A stretch of 61,482 bases of DNA, counting the filler. It is 9 parts of 9 records of this genome, joined end to end, with 100 filler letters (N's around TTAATTAATTAA, not from the genome) between each part and the next. Parts side by side here need not be neighbours in the genome. Positions count along the whole stretch, not along the records: positions 18,167 to 28,088 come from SRR31147125_38804; positions 28,189 to 33,241 come from SRR31147125_38828; 7 more parts are not named here. The stretch is one strand, 5' to 3'. A program made the translations under genes and the position numbers. The notes beneath the pieces were generated by a model. The model saw nothing but the letters and a program-made list of their open reading frames with translations, was not told the DNA's origin and made no database searches. This document shows, piece after piece, positions 20,743-33,102 of this stretch (the first letter of the stretch is position 1; each line of letters starts with the position of its first letter).

Positions 20743-23240
20743 ATGATTGAAAATAATTTAACATATCCATTTGCCGAGGTCGTTTTCCCTCTGCCCGTTA
20801 ATCATCCCTTTACCTACAAAATTCCGGAAAATTTATTAGAGGATATAGTACCAGGTATGCGAGTGCTGGCGCCGTTTGGACCACGCAAAACAACGGGTTT
20901 TGTTGTCTCCAGAAAGGAAAAGGCCGACTATCCACAAATAAAAGAACTGGAAGAAGTGCTTGATCCAATTCCCTTGTTTACGCCACAGGTATTAAAACTT
21001 ACCCAATGGATCGCAGACTATTATATGTGTGGATGGGGAGAAGTTCTGAAAGCAGCATTACCGGCCGGAATTCATTTAAATTCCGAAAAAGTCATACGCC
21101 TGGTTCATCCGGATCCGGATCAACTCGTCAGATTTCTGAAATCAAAAGCACCGATACAGGCAGATATTATCCGTGTGCTACAACTAACAAATCCTATTAC
21201 CACAAACAACCTGCTTAAAAAACTGAATAAAAATTCAATTGCTTCAAGTTTAAAACATTTGCGTTCCAGGGATTATATTCGTTTCGAACTTGCTCTTCCG
21301 AATCCCAAGGTTAATAAAAAATATGAAACGTATGTAAAACTGGCGCAGCATCAATCTCGCGAAAAAATTGCCGAAATCGCTGACTCGATCCGGGATAAAG
21401 CGCCAAAACAGGCAGAATGTTTGGATACAATGCTGGCTTTCCCGGGAAAAAATTTCACCCGAAACGAGTTATCAAAACAGGCAAAAACAGGAAGTAGTAT
21501 CATTAAAAGCCTGGTTGATCGGGGTGTATTAGCATTGATTAAGGAAGAGGTTTACCGTGACTATTATTCAAGCCGACACATTGAACCACCACCTGATATT
21601 ACTTTGAATCCGGATCAGGAAAATTGCCTGAATACAATTAAAGACAAAATTGATGCTAAAGAGTTCTCTTCTTTTTTATTATACGGCGTGACAGGCAGTG
21701 GTAAAACACAGGTTTACATTGAATCCATTCAACATGTCCTGCAAAAAAATCAAACAGCTATCGTTCTTGTTCCGGAAATAGCTTTAACGCCTCAAATGGT
21801 GAGCCGATTTCGTTCTCATTTTGGCGATAAAGTCGCTGTTTTTCATAGCCGGATGTCCCCGGGTGAACGATATGACTCGTGGCGTCGCACATGGGAGGGA
21901 CATCATCAGATTGTCATTGGTCCCCGCTCAGCTATCTTTGCTCCACTGAAAAATATAGGCTTATTGATCGTGGACGAGGAGCATGAATCTTCCTACAAAC
22001 AAACAGACACAGCCCCACGTTACAATGCCAGGGACGTCTCCATCGTAAGAGCACATCTAAATAATGCTGTGGTTGTATTAGGTTCAGCCACTCCCTCTGT
22101 TGAATCCTTCTTTAACGCACAAATCAATAAATTTAACCAGATTGATCTGCCAAAAAGAATTGATGATATACCTTTGCCAAAAGTCACCATTGTTGATATG
22201 AAAAAAGAGCCAAAAATTATTGGCCGCAAAGAACCAATACTTCTCTCTCGCGTCCTTCGACAAAAAATTGATGAGAAACTTTCTCTTGGCGAACAAATCA
22301 TTCTGTTCCAAAATCGTCGCGGTTTTGCAGCTCTGCTAAAATGCAAAGAGTGTGGTTACGTAGCCACTTGTGAAAATTGTGATATCTCTTTGACATACCA
22401 TCTAAGAGGACATACTCTGAAATGTCATTACTGTGATTACACGAAACCTGCACCGGATTTCTGCCCCGAATGCCGCAGTACAGATATCTATTTTCGAGGT
22501 GCAGGCACACAACGAATCGAAGAAGAAGTAAAAACTCTTTTCCCTGGCGTTAAGCTAATTCGAATGGACTTGGACACAACCAAAGGCAAAAGAGCTCACG
22601 ATCGTATTCTTTCTCAATTTGCCCGAGGTGAATACCAAATTCTGCTTGGCACCCAGATGGTAGCAAAAGGACTGGATTTTCCAAATGTGACCCTGGTGGG
22701 TGTTATTTCAGCTGACACGCAACTACTATTTCCTGATTTTCGTGCCGGAGAGCGGACCTTTCAGTTACTTACTCAGGTCGCTGGTCGCGCAGGACGTAAG
22801 GAAAAACAAGGGGAAGTTTTCATTCAAACATACAGTCCGGATCATTACAGCATTATTTTCGCTAAAACACATGATTATTTAAACTTTTTAAAACAGAACT
22901 GGCTGATCGACAGGAACATGGATATCCTCCTTACAGCCGCGCACTGACATGTCTTTGCAAGGGTCCTGACGAGGAGGCTGTTCAAAAAGTGGCCATTCAA
23001 ATTGTGAAAAACATAAAGCCAGGTAGAGAATTTCGTATACTTGGCCCGGCACCTGCGCCATTAGCAAAAATTCAAGGGAATTATCGCTGGCAAATTTTGT
23101 TTATGAGTTTGAAACATTCGGATGCTGGTGGGAAGGCAATGAAAAATGCCCTGAGTGAGGCATTAGTCACCTTTAAAGGTAAAAACCGCATTAAGAACGT
23201 TCAAGTTTCTATTGATGTTGATCCGGTTACCATATTATAA
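20743..23240 (+). CDS. priA: Primosomal protein N' (frameshift near 22888)
   Basis: GVTGSGKT, VPEIALTPQ, DEEH, two Zn-finger CxxC pairs, QVAGRAGR. The C-terminal domain (LGPAPAPL...YRWQ...IDVDP) is in the next frame. Confidence 0.93.
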
Positions 23241-23341
23241 AACGGAATCTCACCTGGCATTCGATTGGACTGATTTACCACATTCATTGTAAAAAAAGTA
23301 ACTATAACGGGATTCACTGCTATGTAAAATGAGGGATATCC

Positions 23342-24319
23342 ATGAAGAATGAAAAGTTACCAAAAGAAAAACTCGTCGAGATGTATAGACTGATGGTGCT
23401 TATTCGTCGTTTCGAAGAACGAACGGCTCAAATGTATGGAATGCAAAAAATTGGCGGTTTTTGTCATTTATATATTGGCCAAGAAGCCGTGGGTGTCGGA
23501 ACAATAGCTGCTATGCGTCCGGATGATTATCTCATTTCAGCCTACCGGGATCATGGTCATATTTTGGCCAAGGGAACGGATCCGAATCCGGTCATGGCCG
23601 AGTTATTTGGCAAGGAAACCGGCGTTTCAAAAGGCAAGGGCGGTTCAATGCATCTTTTCGATTTTGAGAGGCGCTATATGGGTGGGCATGGTATTGTCGC
23701 CGGACAGATACCACTTGCAACTGGATTTGGTTTCGCCATTAAATATTGTAAACAAGACCATGTTGTGGTTTGTTCCCTCGGAGAAGGAGCTGTTCACCAG
23801 GGCGCCTTTCACGAATCCTTAAATCTGGCTAAACTTTGGAAACTTCCGGTTATCTATCTCATCGAAAATAACCGCTACGGTATGGGTACACCTATGGAAC
23901 GCGCTTCAGCAGTTTGGGATCTGTCACAAAAAGCCTGTTCCTATGATATGGCCAGTGATTCAGTAGATGGCATGGATATTCTAAAGGTATATCACGTTAT
24001 GAAACAGGCTATAAAAAGAGCTCGAGAAAAAAGCGAACCAACTCTAATTGAAGCAAGAACTTATCGCTTCCGGGGCCATTCCATGTCGGATCCTGTCCAT
24101 TCTCACTACCGTACTAAAGAGGAAGTGGAACAACAAAAAGAACATGATCCAATCAAAATTTTTCAGAATAAACTACTTGAGGATAATGTCCTAAATAAAG
24201 ACCTGATAAAAACAATCGAAGGCGATGTTAAAAAAGCAGTTGTAGAATCTGTCGAATTTGCTGAAGGAAGTGCGGAACCCTCTTTGGATTCCCTGTTTGA
24301 AGATGTTTATGCTTCCTGA
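23342..24319 (+). CDS. pdhA: Pyruvate dehydrogenase E1 alpha
   Basis: GFCHLYIGQEA, YRDHGH, GKGGSMH, TPP motif GEGA...ENN, TYRFRGHSMSDP. Confidence 0.95.
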   Translation: MKNEKLPKEKLVEMYRLMVLIRRFEERTAQMYGMQKIGGFCHLYIGQEAVGVGTIAAMRPDDYLISAYRDHGHILAKGTDPNPVMAELFGKETGVSKGKGGSMHLFDFERRYMGGHGIVAGQIPLATGFGFAIKYCKQDHVVVCSLGEGAVHQGAFHESLNLAKLWKLPVIYLIENNRYGMGTPMERASAVWDLSQKACSYDMASDSVDGMDILKVYHVMKQAIKRAREKSEPTLIEARTYRFRGHSMSDPVHSHYRTKEEVEQQKEHDPIKIFQNKLLEDNVLNKDLIKTIEGDVKKAVVESVEFAEGSAEPSLDSLFEDVYAS

Positions 24320-24363
24320 CCTTTCAAAAAAATGTCATTATTCATAAACGAAAGAGAATAAAA

Positions 24364-25341
24364 ATGCCTGAAATAACAATGAGAGAAGCTTTGAACCAAG
24401 CAATGGCAGAAGAAATGGAGCGGGATTCTAATGTCTATTTGATGGGAGAAGAGGTAGGATATTACCAGGGAGCTTACAAAGTTAGTCAGGGACTCATGGA
24501 ACGTTTTGGGACTGACAGAGTTATAGACACCCCAATCGCAGAGTTGGGCTTTGCCGGTGTTGGTATCGGTTCTGCTATGATCGGATTACGTCCCATTATC
24601 GAAATGATGACCTTTAACTTTTCTATATTAGCCCTGGACCAAATCATCAATAATGCCGCGAAACTTCGATACATGTCAGGTGGAATGCTTAATATTCCGA
24701 TTGTATTTCGTGGACCAGGAGGTGCCGCGCACCAATTGGGCGCGCAACACTCCCAATGTCTCGATCCGTGGTTTTGTAACGTTCCAGGTCTCATCGTTAT
24801 GTCACCTAGCGTGCCAAGAGACGCAAAAGGATTGCTGAAATCCGCCATTCGGGACAATAATCCTGTTATATTTATTGAAAGTGAAGTATCTTATGGATAC
24901 AAAGGAGAAGTACCGGAAGATGAATACCTGATACCTATTGGTGTCGGAGATATCAAACGTGAAGGTACGGATGTAACGATCGTGGCATGGTCTAAAATGA
25001 TCCATATCGCATTGGATGCAGCCAATGTTCTTGAAGAGCAGGGAATATCTGCCGAGGTTATCGACCCCAGAACATTAAGGCCTTTAGATGAACAAATGCT
25101 GATCACCTCTGTGGAAAAGACGAATCGCTGCGTTGTTGTTGAAGAAGGCTGGTCCTATTCCGGTGTTGGAGCTGAAATTGCAGCCAGAATATCTGAACAT
25201 GCGTTCGATTATCTCGATGCACCTGTTTTAAGAGTATCGAGCGAGGACGTACCTATGCCATATGCCGCAAACCTTGAAAAAGCTGTGATTCCAAATGTCG
25301 ATAAAGTCGTTGCAGCTGCCAAAAAAGTGCTTTACACCTAG
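24364..25341 (+). CDS. pdhB: Pyruvate dehydrogenase E1 beta
   Basis: MGEEVGYYQGAYKV, DTPIAE, AQHSQ, DPRTLRPLD. Confidence 0.95.
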   Translation: MPEITMREALNQAMAEEMERDSNVYLMGEEVGYYQGAYKVSQGLMERFGTDRVIDTPIAELGFAGVGIGSAMIGLRPIIEMMTFNFSILALDQIINNAAKLRYMSGGMLNIPIVFRGPGGAAHQLGAQHSQCLDPWFCNVPGLIVMSPSVPRDAKGLLKSAIRDNNPVIFIESEVSYGYKGEVPEDEYLIPIGVGDIKREGTDVTIVAWSKMIHIALDAANVLEEQGISAEVIDPRTLRPLDEQMLITSVEKTNRCVVVEEGWSYSGVGAEIAARISEHAFDYLDAPVLRVSSEDVPMPYAANLEKAVIPNVDKVVAAAKKVLYT

Positions 25342-25357
25342 TTAATGAGGGAATAGT

Positions 25358-26596
25358 ATGATTTCAAAAATCACGATGCCAAAACTTAGTGACACAATGG
25401 AAGAAGGTATTCTACTGAAATGGCTTAAAAAAGAAGGAGATACGATTGAAGCGGGTGAAGTCATAGCCGAAGCTGAAAGCGACAAAGCCACAATGGAACT
25501 CGAAGCTTTTGACGAAGGAACTTTGAAAAAAATCCTGGTTCCGGAGGGCGGCAAGGTTCCTGTTGGAGGAACTCTCGCGATAGTGGCAGATGCAGATGAA
25601 GATATCGGGGACTTTCTTGCTGAAACGTCAAAACAGCCTGCGGTTGAACCAGAATCAACAGAAAAACCTGTTGCCGAGTCAATACCTGCCGCACCTGTTA
25701 AAGAAGAACCGGCTTCGGATGAAATATTAATTTCCGGAACTGACCGGATAAAAGCATCCCCTTTGGCTAAAAAAATGGCTGAAGAACGAGGTGTTAATCT
25801 GCGTCAAATCGCAGGTTCCGGTACCGGAGGTCGGGTCGTAAAGCGGGATATCATGCAATTTTCTGCACCATCCACAAAAGCACCTGTCCAGGTGGCTGAA
25901 ACACCCGTAGCCGTACCTGGGCAAGAAATAAGCTTGAGTACGATGCGTGAAGCCATTGCCAGTCGAATGACGGAGAGTAAAACAACCGTGCCCCATTTTT
26001 ATCTGGTCATGGAAATCAACATGAAAAAAGCCATGGAATTCCGTAAATCAATTAATAGCATGCAAAATGAAATTAAAATCAGCTTTAATGATCTAGTCAT
26101 GAAAGCCTCAGCCCTGGCTTTAATGAAAAATCCCTTTGTAAATGGTTCATTTGCAGGTGATAAAATTGTACTACACGACCATATCGATCTTGGCTTTGCT
26201 GTCGCATTAGAAGATGGTCTGATCACCCCCATCGTCCGAAATTGTGAATCAAAAAGTATCGGCCAAATAGCAAAGGAAGTTAGAGATCTTGCTGTAAAAG
26301 CAAAAAACCGAAAACTGCTTCCTGAAGAATACAAGGGGGCGACTTTTACCGTCAGCAATCTCGGCATGTATGGGATTGAAGAATTTTCTGCTATCATTAA
26401 TCCACCCGAAGCAGCTATATTAGCAGTTGGGGCCATCATAGAGCAACCTGTTGTTGAAAATGGCGAAATCGTGGCAGGGCATTTAATGAAAGTGACCCTC
26501 TCTTGTGATCATCGTATTGTGGATGGAGCAAAAGGGGCGATATTTTTACGCGAGTTGAAAAAATTGCTTGAAGAGCCTATTGGATTAATGTTGTAA
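25358..26596 (+). CDS. pdhC: Dihydrolipoamide acetyltransferase E2
   Basis: Single lipoyl domain (ESDKATME), E3-binding ASPLAKK, catalytic DHRIVDG. Confidence 0.93.
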   Translation: MISKITMPKLSDTMEEGILLKWLKKEGDTIEAGEVIAEAESDKATMELEAFDEGTLKKILVPEGGKVPVGGTLAIVADADEDIGDFLAETSKQPAVEPESTEKPVAESIPAAPVKEEPASDEILISGTDRIKASPLAKKMAEERGVNLRQIAGSGTGGRVVKRDIMQFSAPSTKAPVQVAETPVAVPGQEISLSTMREAIASRMTESKTTVPHFYLVMEINMKKAMEFRKSINSMQNEIKISFNDLVMKASALALMKNPFVNGSFAGDKIVLHDHIDLGFAVALEDGLITPIVRNCESKSIGQIAKEVRDLAVKAKNRKLLPEEYKGATFTVSNLGMYGIEEFSAIINPPEAAILAVGAIIEQPVVENGEIVAGHLMKVTLSCDHRIVDGAKGAIFLRELKKLLEEPIGLML

Positions 26597-26637
26597 TAGC
26601 CGATTATTTTTCACTGTACTAATAGACGTGAAAAACC

Positions 26638-26668
26638 AAAGCCAGGTATATTGATTACCTGGCTTTTT
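26638..26668. terminator. Intrinsic terminator between convergent pdhC and DUF4416 genes
   Basis: AAAGCCAGGTA-N7-TACCTGGCTTT followed by Ts. Confidence 0.8.
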
Positions 26669-26671
26669 CAT

Positions 26672-27244
26672 TTATTTACAAACATTCCGGTTCAAATTTT
26701 CACGTTGTTTTTTCCCTCTCAAATATTTTCGAATCTGACCTTTAAAACGAGCACGAATATGAAGAAACAGATCCTCATATTGTCCGGAACGGAAATCCGG
26801 AAAAGCCCATAAACAGGGTTTATAATGACCTTCTGTAAACATCATAGTCAAATCAGCGTAAATACCATGATCCAGATATATTTTGTGTCCATTATATTTA
26901 GCTGAGGCCAGGACGATTTTATCATAATCCATATACCCCGGATCCAAATTGACCTTTCGGCTACTATGGTCGGCCAACTGATCCTCAATTTCATTACACT
27001 CTATTTTAATACGAGCCAGTAGATTTGGTTGAACCATATTTTCAAAGGAAACAAAAAAACGTGTAATCCCCTCCCCCATCTCAGGTATATAATAATCCGT
27101 GACATCGAAAGGAATTCGTGGGCTTTTGTAGTCAATCGCTCCATACTTACGTATGAGGAGTTCTTCAGCTTGTTGCCAGAGTTCCTCATCAGAATAAAGC
27201 ACGCCGCAAAACAGCTTTACCGGCAGGACCTCAGTCGGTTTCAT
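26672..27244 (-). CDS. DUF4416 family protein
   Basis: FDVTDYY.PEMG, RKVNLDPGY, LASAKYNGHKIYL..GIYADL, WAFPDF. Confidence 0.82.
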   Translation of the reverse strand: MKPTEVLPVKLFCGVLYSDEELWQQAEELLIRKYGAIDYKSPRIPFDVTDYYIPEMGEGITRFFVSFENMVQPNLLARIKIECNEIEDQLADHSSRKVNLDPGYMDYDKIVLASAKYNGHKIYLDHGIYADLTMMFTEGHYKPCLWAFPDFRSGQYEDLFLHIRARFKGQIRKYLRGKKQRENLNRNVCK

Positions 27245-28067
27245 GTTCGTTCCTCTTCTTTTTAGGAGAATAGAAGCCCAGTTCCTTTTCTAACTCTTTA
27301 TTCCTGGGGATCGCAATGAGTGCTTCTTCAACCCACTGCGGAGATATACCAAATAAATCATGAACCGTATCTAAATAATTTTCCTTTAACCTCTTTTTCG
27401 TCTTTCCCTCAATTGTAGTTACCTGTAAAAAATCATTATGAAGATATATCATACCATTATCCTGTACCCGGGTCATACATATACCATGCATTGTACCCTG
27501 ATAAAAGGAAGCTTGCCAATGCTGTAAAAACTCATCAGCTTGTAGCGGCTGATCCATAAACGTATATCTCCATTTTATTTGTTCCCTGTCAAAGGTATAT
27601 AGGTGATAAGACTCGTCTTCCTTATTAAACCTCAATTCCACTCCGGTATGAGTTGTTCTGTAAAGCCTGGGCTTATCAGGATGAATCTCCATAGGTTGTG
27701 TCAATAAATAGCCGGGATCAACCAAATATTTCAACCTGTTTATTATGACAACAAGGGCACAGTGTACATTTGGGCGATTACGCATATGAGCGATTACAGG
27801 ATAACACATAAAATCATGTTGTGTTAAAATCGATTGCAAATAATAGGTTAATGAAAAACAGGTACCACCGAAACCTAATCTTGCATGTTCATCAATAACT
27901 TCCTCTGGTAACCTTATACGATTTTCTGCATTAAAATCTTGATTTAATTTGATAATTTTGCTTATATTCTCATAGGGAATTTTCGCATAATGACCCAATA
28001 TATTCAATAAAAATTGAATATCAGGTTTCTTTTCCTCAAGTGCATAAAAATCCATAAACTGTTTCAC
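27231..28067 (-). CDS. Arylamine N-acetyltransferase family protein (may extend to contig edge)
   Basis: IPYEN and Cys-His-Asp triad motifs GGTCF, VHCAL, YLVDPG. Confidence 0.82.
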   Translation of the reverse strand: MKQFMDFYALEEKKPDIQFLLNILGHYAKIPYENISKIIKLNQDFNAENRIRLPEEVIDEHARLGFGGTCFSLTYYLQSILTQHDFMCYPVIAHMRNRPNVHCALVVIINRLKYLVDPGYLLTQPMEIHPDKPRLYRTTHTGVELRFNKEDESYHLYTFDREQIKWRYTFMDQPLQADEFLQHWQASFYQGTMHGICMTRVQDNGMIYLHNDFLQVTTIEGKTKKRLKENYLDTVHDLFGISPQWVEEALIAIPRNKELEKELGFYSPKKKRNEHETD

Positions 28068-28088
28068 ACCGTTTTTATGACAAGAGGG

Positions 28089-28188
28089 NNNNNNNNNNNN
28101 NNNNNNNNNNNNNNNNNNNNNNNNNNNNNNNNTTAATTAATTAANNNNNNNNNNNNNNNNNNNNNNNNNNNNNNNNNNNNNNNNNNNN
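28089..28188. other. Artificial contig spacer
   Basis: Ns around TTAATTAATTAA. Confidence 0.98.
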
Positions 28189-31061
28189 AAAAAGTAAATC
28201 TTACTGGTGCCGTGGCTACAGTAAGTGGCGAAGTTCTTGAAGACCGCCCTATCACTAATGTAAATCAAGGTATTCAGGGTGTTATGCCGGGTGTCAATAT
28301 TAATTTCTCGCAAGGGAAAGTAGGAGAAAAAGGAAATATTAATATTAGAGGTGTTACTGGATTGAATTCAGGTGGCACAGGCGCTACTAATGGCTCGCCA
28401 CTCATTTTGGTTGACGGTGTAGTAATGGACATGAACGAAATCAATCCAAACGATATTGAAAGTATCTCCGTGTTAAAAGATGCTGCCTCAGCTGCAATTT
28501 ATGGTGCAAGGGCAAACAACGGGGTTATTCTCATCACTACCCATGGTGGAAAAAAAGGTGACATAAAAGTTCGTGTTTCATCCAGTATGAGTTTCTCGAA
28601 ACCTTCACGTATTCCAGACCAAATGACAGGTTACGAAAATGCTTTGGGTATACAGGAAGCTACCAGTACATCTATGCATAAAGGTGGTAATCCTCGTTTT
28701 TCGGAGGAAGAGTTACAATTAATTTATGAATATGATCAGGATCCAACTTTATCTCCGCTTATTGGTATGGGATATGGTGGAATGGAAGGCGCATATACCG
28801 GAAAAGGAAGGACAGGTAAATATTTGTTACGTGCAAACACTAATTGGGTTGATGAAACATTTGAGTTTATGCAGCCCAATTACACCAATAGTGTAAGCTT
28901 TAGTGGTGGTGTTGATAAAGTACGTTATTATGTATCGGCCGGTTCATACAACCAGCAGGGATACTTGCGTTACGGAAACGATAAATATAACCGTTACAAC
29001 TTTTCTTCGAAGCTGGAATTTGATATAAACAATTGGCTTACCCTTACTTCGCTTACTAAAGTTAATGCCATAAGGAGTGATATTCACGAGCAAGATGGTA
29101 GTGGCGGTATGTGGCACTCTATTTGGCGTATGCCGGCTTACACACCTATCTGGACTCCTGATGGAGATTACTTTGCTTACAGAGGAGAAACCAGTTCAAT
29201 CCCGTGGATGATTGACGGTGGACGTGACAAAACCCAGGAAGATAATATCTATCAAACCATTGGCCATAAAATAAAAATTGATGATACGAATATTAAAATA
29301 AATGGTGATGTTACTTATGGGCGTACTTCAAGTTTCAGAAAAAGGCATTTTAAATCAGTAGATATGATTGATTCCGGTAGTGGTAATATGCGAACATTCA
29401 ATCCTACCAATTCTGTGACCGAATCATTTGCATTTAATAATTATTGGGCTATTAACGAATATGCAGAATATGAAAATACCATTAACGAGCAACATTATCT
29501 GAAATTAATGGCCGGGATGAATATGGAAACCCAAAACAGTACTAGCCCTTCTGTAACAGGACGAGAACTGTTGAACAACGATATTCCATACCTTGGTCTT
29601 GCTGCCGGTACTATTACTGCCGGAGAAGGTTATTCCGATTGGGCTATATGGGGATTTGTTTCGCGTGTAAATTATATTTATAAAGACAAATATCTTTTTG
29701 AGTTTAATGGTCGTTACGACGGAACTTCACGCTTCCCAAGCCAAAACCGTTGGAAATTCTTTCCTTCGTTTTCTGCAGGATGGAGAGTTTCTGAAGAATC
29801 TTTTATGGACTGGAGTAATGAATTCCTCAACAACCTGAAGTTGCGTGCTTCGTATGGTTCATTGGGTAACCAAAGTACTGCAAGTGGAAGTTATCCGTAT
29901 ATTAGTACGTACTCAACCGGAACACAGTCAGGATATATATTTGATGATCCTCAACAACCGCCAAGAACAGTTAATCCGGGAGGTTATGTTTATTCTAATC
30001 TAAAATGGCAAACAACCGAAACAGTTGACTTTGGCTTTGATCTTACATTGTTAAATAAACTAAATGCCAACTTTGACTATTACGTAAGAAATTCTCGTGA
30101 TAACCTTGCTCCGAACAAAGGTATTCCAAATGTAATAGGCGCCAGCGCACCTTTGCAAAACAAAGGCGATATCCAAACTAAAGGTTGGGAAATTTCTCTG
30201 AGATGGGATGACAGAATCCAGGATTTCAAGTACGGAGTTGGGTTTGTATTGTCTGATTACCGATCAACAGTTACCAAGTATGACAACCCAACAGGTACCT
30301 TATCGACACTTTACGAAGGGCAAAAATTTGGCGAAATTTGGGGCTACAAAACCAATGGATTGATTCAAACTCAGGAACAAGCTGATAACAGTCCAAATAC
30401 CGACTACTTATACAGTAAATTTGGCAGACAGCCTGGTGATATTTTGTTTGTTGACCTTAATGATGATGATAAAATTGACAAGGGTGATTACACACTTGAG
30501 AATTCAGGCGATTGGACAGTAATTGGAAACAGCACTCCTCGTTATTCGTTTGGTTTAACTTTAAATGCCGAATGGAAAGGTTTCGATTTCAGTACCTTCT
30601 TCCAGGGAATTGGCAAACAGGATAGGTGGATGTCGTCTTTTATGCTTTGGGGATTTAGCGACAGCCAATGGCAAGGGTCTTCACAATATGTTGTAATGAA
30701 TGCATGGCGTGCTGAAGATATATTAAGTCCTGATGGTGAGGTAATATTACCCAAAAACACAACAGATGCTAAATTGCCGCGTAATGCAGCTTATGGTAAA
30801 CACTGGAACCAAAAACACCCCTCAGAATTTATGTTACAGGATGCTTCTTATATACGCTGGAAAAATTTAACTGTTGGTTATACATTGCCGAAAAAACTGA
30901 CCCAAAAAGCAGGTATTAGTAAATTAAGGATTTATGCAAGTGGTCAAAATTTATGGGAATGGACTAAAATGATTGAAGTCATTGATCCTGAAATGAGCGG
31001 CAGCGCTAAAGTTTACCCAATTTACCGTAATTACTCTGTTGGTGTAAATGTGAGTTTCTAA
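28189..31061 (+). CDS. SusC/RagA TonB-dependent receptor (5' truncated)
   Basis: KVNLTGAV, PLILVDG, DIESISVLKDAASAAIYGARA.NGVILITT, RYDGTSRF, LKLRASYG, C-terminal VNVSF. Confidence 0.95.
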
Positions 31062-31100
31062 AAACGGGACAATTTTGATTAACATTTAAAAGCTTAAGAG

Positions 31101-32786
31101 ATGAATAATATCAAATATATAGTAATAATTATCCTTGCAGTGCTTTCTGCAAGCTGTGAAGATTTTCTGGATTTATATCCGAAAAATACAATAAACGACG
31201 TAACATTTTGGCAAAAAACCTCGGATCTTGAATTATATTGTAATGCCTATTATGGTGCAATCCCGGGAAGTGGGATTGCTTCAACTGATAGGAATAGTGA
31301 TTTATACATACACAGTACAATAACAAACGAAGTGCTTTGTAAACGCACGATTCCGGCCACAGATAACATCTGGAGCTGGGGCAACATTCGGAAGTTTAAT
31401 ATTTTTCTTGCCAATTACACTAGCGCACAAGGTGATGCCGATGAAATTAATGTTTATGTAGGCGAGATTAAATTTTTCAGGGCTCTTGATTACTGGAATA
31501 AAGTCAAGAAATTTGGCAACGTACCTTGGTTCTCGAAAGAATTAGACCCGGAGAATGAAGAGGATATTTTCAAAAGCCGCGACTCCAGAAAAATGGTAAT
31601 GGACTCTGTTATGGCTGATTTGGATGCTGCTATTCAGTATTTGCCATTGAAAGGCAAAGAAAAAACCGGCCGAATTCACCGTGAATATGCTTTGGCCTGG
31701 AAAGCCCGAATTGCTCTTTATGAAGGTACATGGCGTAAATACCACCAAGGAACTATTTTTGGTGTTGAAGGCAATAATGGAGATGCGTTGCTTCAACAAG
31801 CTGCTGATGCGGCCAAAGAGATAATTGATGGTGATAAATTTCAAATTGTAACAGGAGATACAAGTAAAACTTATAATGAATTATTTATTACTAATGATTT
31901 ACGTAACCATCCCGAAATGATTTTTATCAGAAGATATATATATCCTGAAAAAAAACATAGCACCTCATATAATTTATTTCAAGGTAATGGCAATGGTTTG
32001 AGTAAAAATGCAGTTGACATGTATCTGTGTACAGATGGTAAACCAATCTCAATCAGCGATGATTATTTAGGAGATGATGTATTAGAGGATGAGCTGTCTT
32101 ACAGAGATCCACGCTTATTACAGACTATTGCTTATCCAAATACAGATATTGCCACCGGGGATGTTTCTCCGGCTCTTCCAGGCATGGGAAATCCATATAC
32201 AACTTCGGGTTATTTTATTAGAAAGTGGTATCTGGCTGAGCAAAATGGCTATAATATGCAGGAAACCGATATCCCTGTATGCCGTTATGCAGAAGTATTG
32301 TTGATTTATGCAGAAGCTAAGGCGGAGTTGGGGGAAATTACCCAGCAGGATTTGGATGTGACAATTAATATTTTACGAGACCGTGTTAACATGCCTCATC
32401 TAACAATCAATCCTCCTGCAGATCCGGAAAATATGTTCGCAAAAATTGGGATGGACTTAAATCCGATTATTGTAGAAGTTCGCCGTGAACGTGCAGTGGA
32501 ATTGATGCTGGAAGGAAAACGTTGGGACGATATCCTTCGTTGGAGGGCAGGTAAACTCATCGACCAAGATTACAAAGGTATTAAATGGGCGCCAGGTCGT
32601 TATCCTGATTTCACTTTAACTGACCAATTCCTGATTACCGAAGATGGGTATATTCAGCTTCCTTCTTATGCTTTCTCAAATAGAAATAAATGGAATGAAG
32701 ATAGAGATTATTTATATCCACTTCCGTCCGATGAACTTTCAAAATACCCTGAAGGTATTATAACTCAAAACCCGGGATGGGAATAA
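31101..32786 (+). CDS. SusD/RagB nutrient-binding lipoprotein
   Basis: Lipobox SASC, GEIKFFRA, RYAEVLLIYAEA, ERAVELMLEGKRWDDILRW, QNPGW. Confidence 0.95.
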   Translation: MNNIKYIVIIILAVLSASCEDFLDLYPKNTINDVTFWQKTSDLELYCNAYYGAIPGSGIASTDRNSDLYIHSTITNEVLCKRTIPATDNIWSWGNIRKFNIFLANYTSAQGDADEINVYVGEIKFFRALDYWNKVKKFGNVPWFSKELDPENEEDIFKSRDSRKMVMDSVMADLDAAIQYLPLKGKEKTGRIHREYALAWKARIALYEGTWRKYHQGTIFGVEGNNGDALLQQAADAAKEIIDGDKFQIVTGDTSKTYNELFITNDLRNHPEMIFIRRYIYPEKKHSTSYNLFQGNGNGLSKNAVDMYLCTDGKPISISDDYLGDDVLEDELSYRDPRLLQTIAYPNTDIATGDVSPALPGMGNPYTTSGYFIRKWYLAEQNGYNMQETDIPVCRYAEVLLIYAEAKAELGEITQQDLDVTINILRDRVNMPHLTINPPADPENMFAKIGMDLNPIIVEVRRERAVELMLEGKRWDDILRWRAGKLIDQDYKGIKWAPGRYPDFTLTDQFLITEDGYIQLPSYAFSNRNKWNEDRDYLYPLPSDELSKYPEGIITQNPGWE

Positions 32787-32845
32787 ATGTGAAAAATATT
32801 CTTCCGTAAAGAAATAGATTTAGTTAGTTTGGTTAGAATTAAATG

Positions 32846-32870
32846 GCCCGGAGCAATCCGGGCTTTTCTT
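32846..32870 (+). terminator. Intrinsic terminator after susD
   Basis: GCCCGGA-GCAA-TCCGGGC followed by TTTTCTT. Confidence 0.85.
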
Positions 32871-33102
32871 AATTATTTCATATCTTAACAATAAGATCTT
32901 TTGGTTGCTATTTCAGTATTGTAGAGATTCATTTAAAAAGAAGACTGCAAACAAAGGATGAATGATTATCATGAAAAATGGTAAAATTGAAAAATGAAAA
33001 CACATGCATTCTTATCAAACAACAGCAAGAAAGGAATTAATTATTTTTGTATCAAACATAAGTCGAGTTGATTTAGTCGACAATTAATATCAAGTAAGAA
33101 TT

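Noticed and set aside
22860-23240. Split priA as a two-gene arrangement
   Set aside because: The break lies at a TTTTTAAAA run and the C-terminal domain continues in the adjacent frame.
23342-26596. pdhABC lacking the E3 (lpd) gene
   Set aside because: E3 is commonly encoded elsewhere and shared among dehydrogenase complexes.
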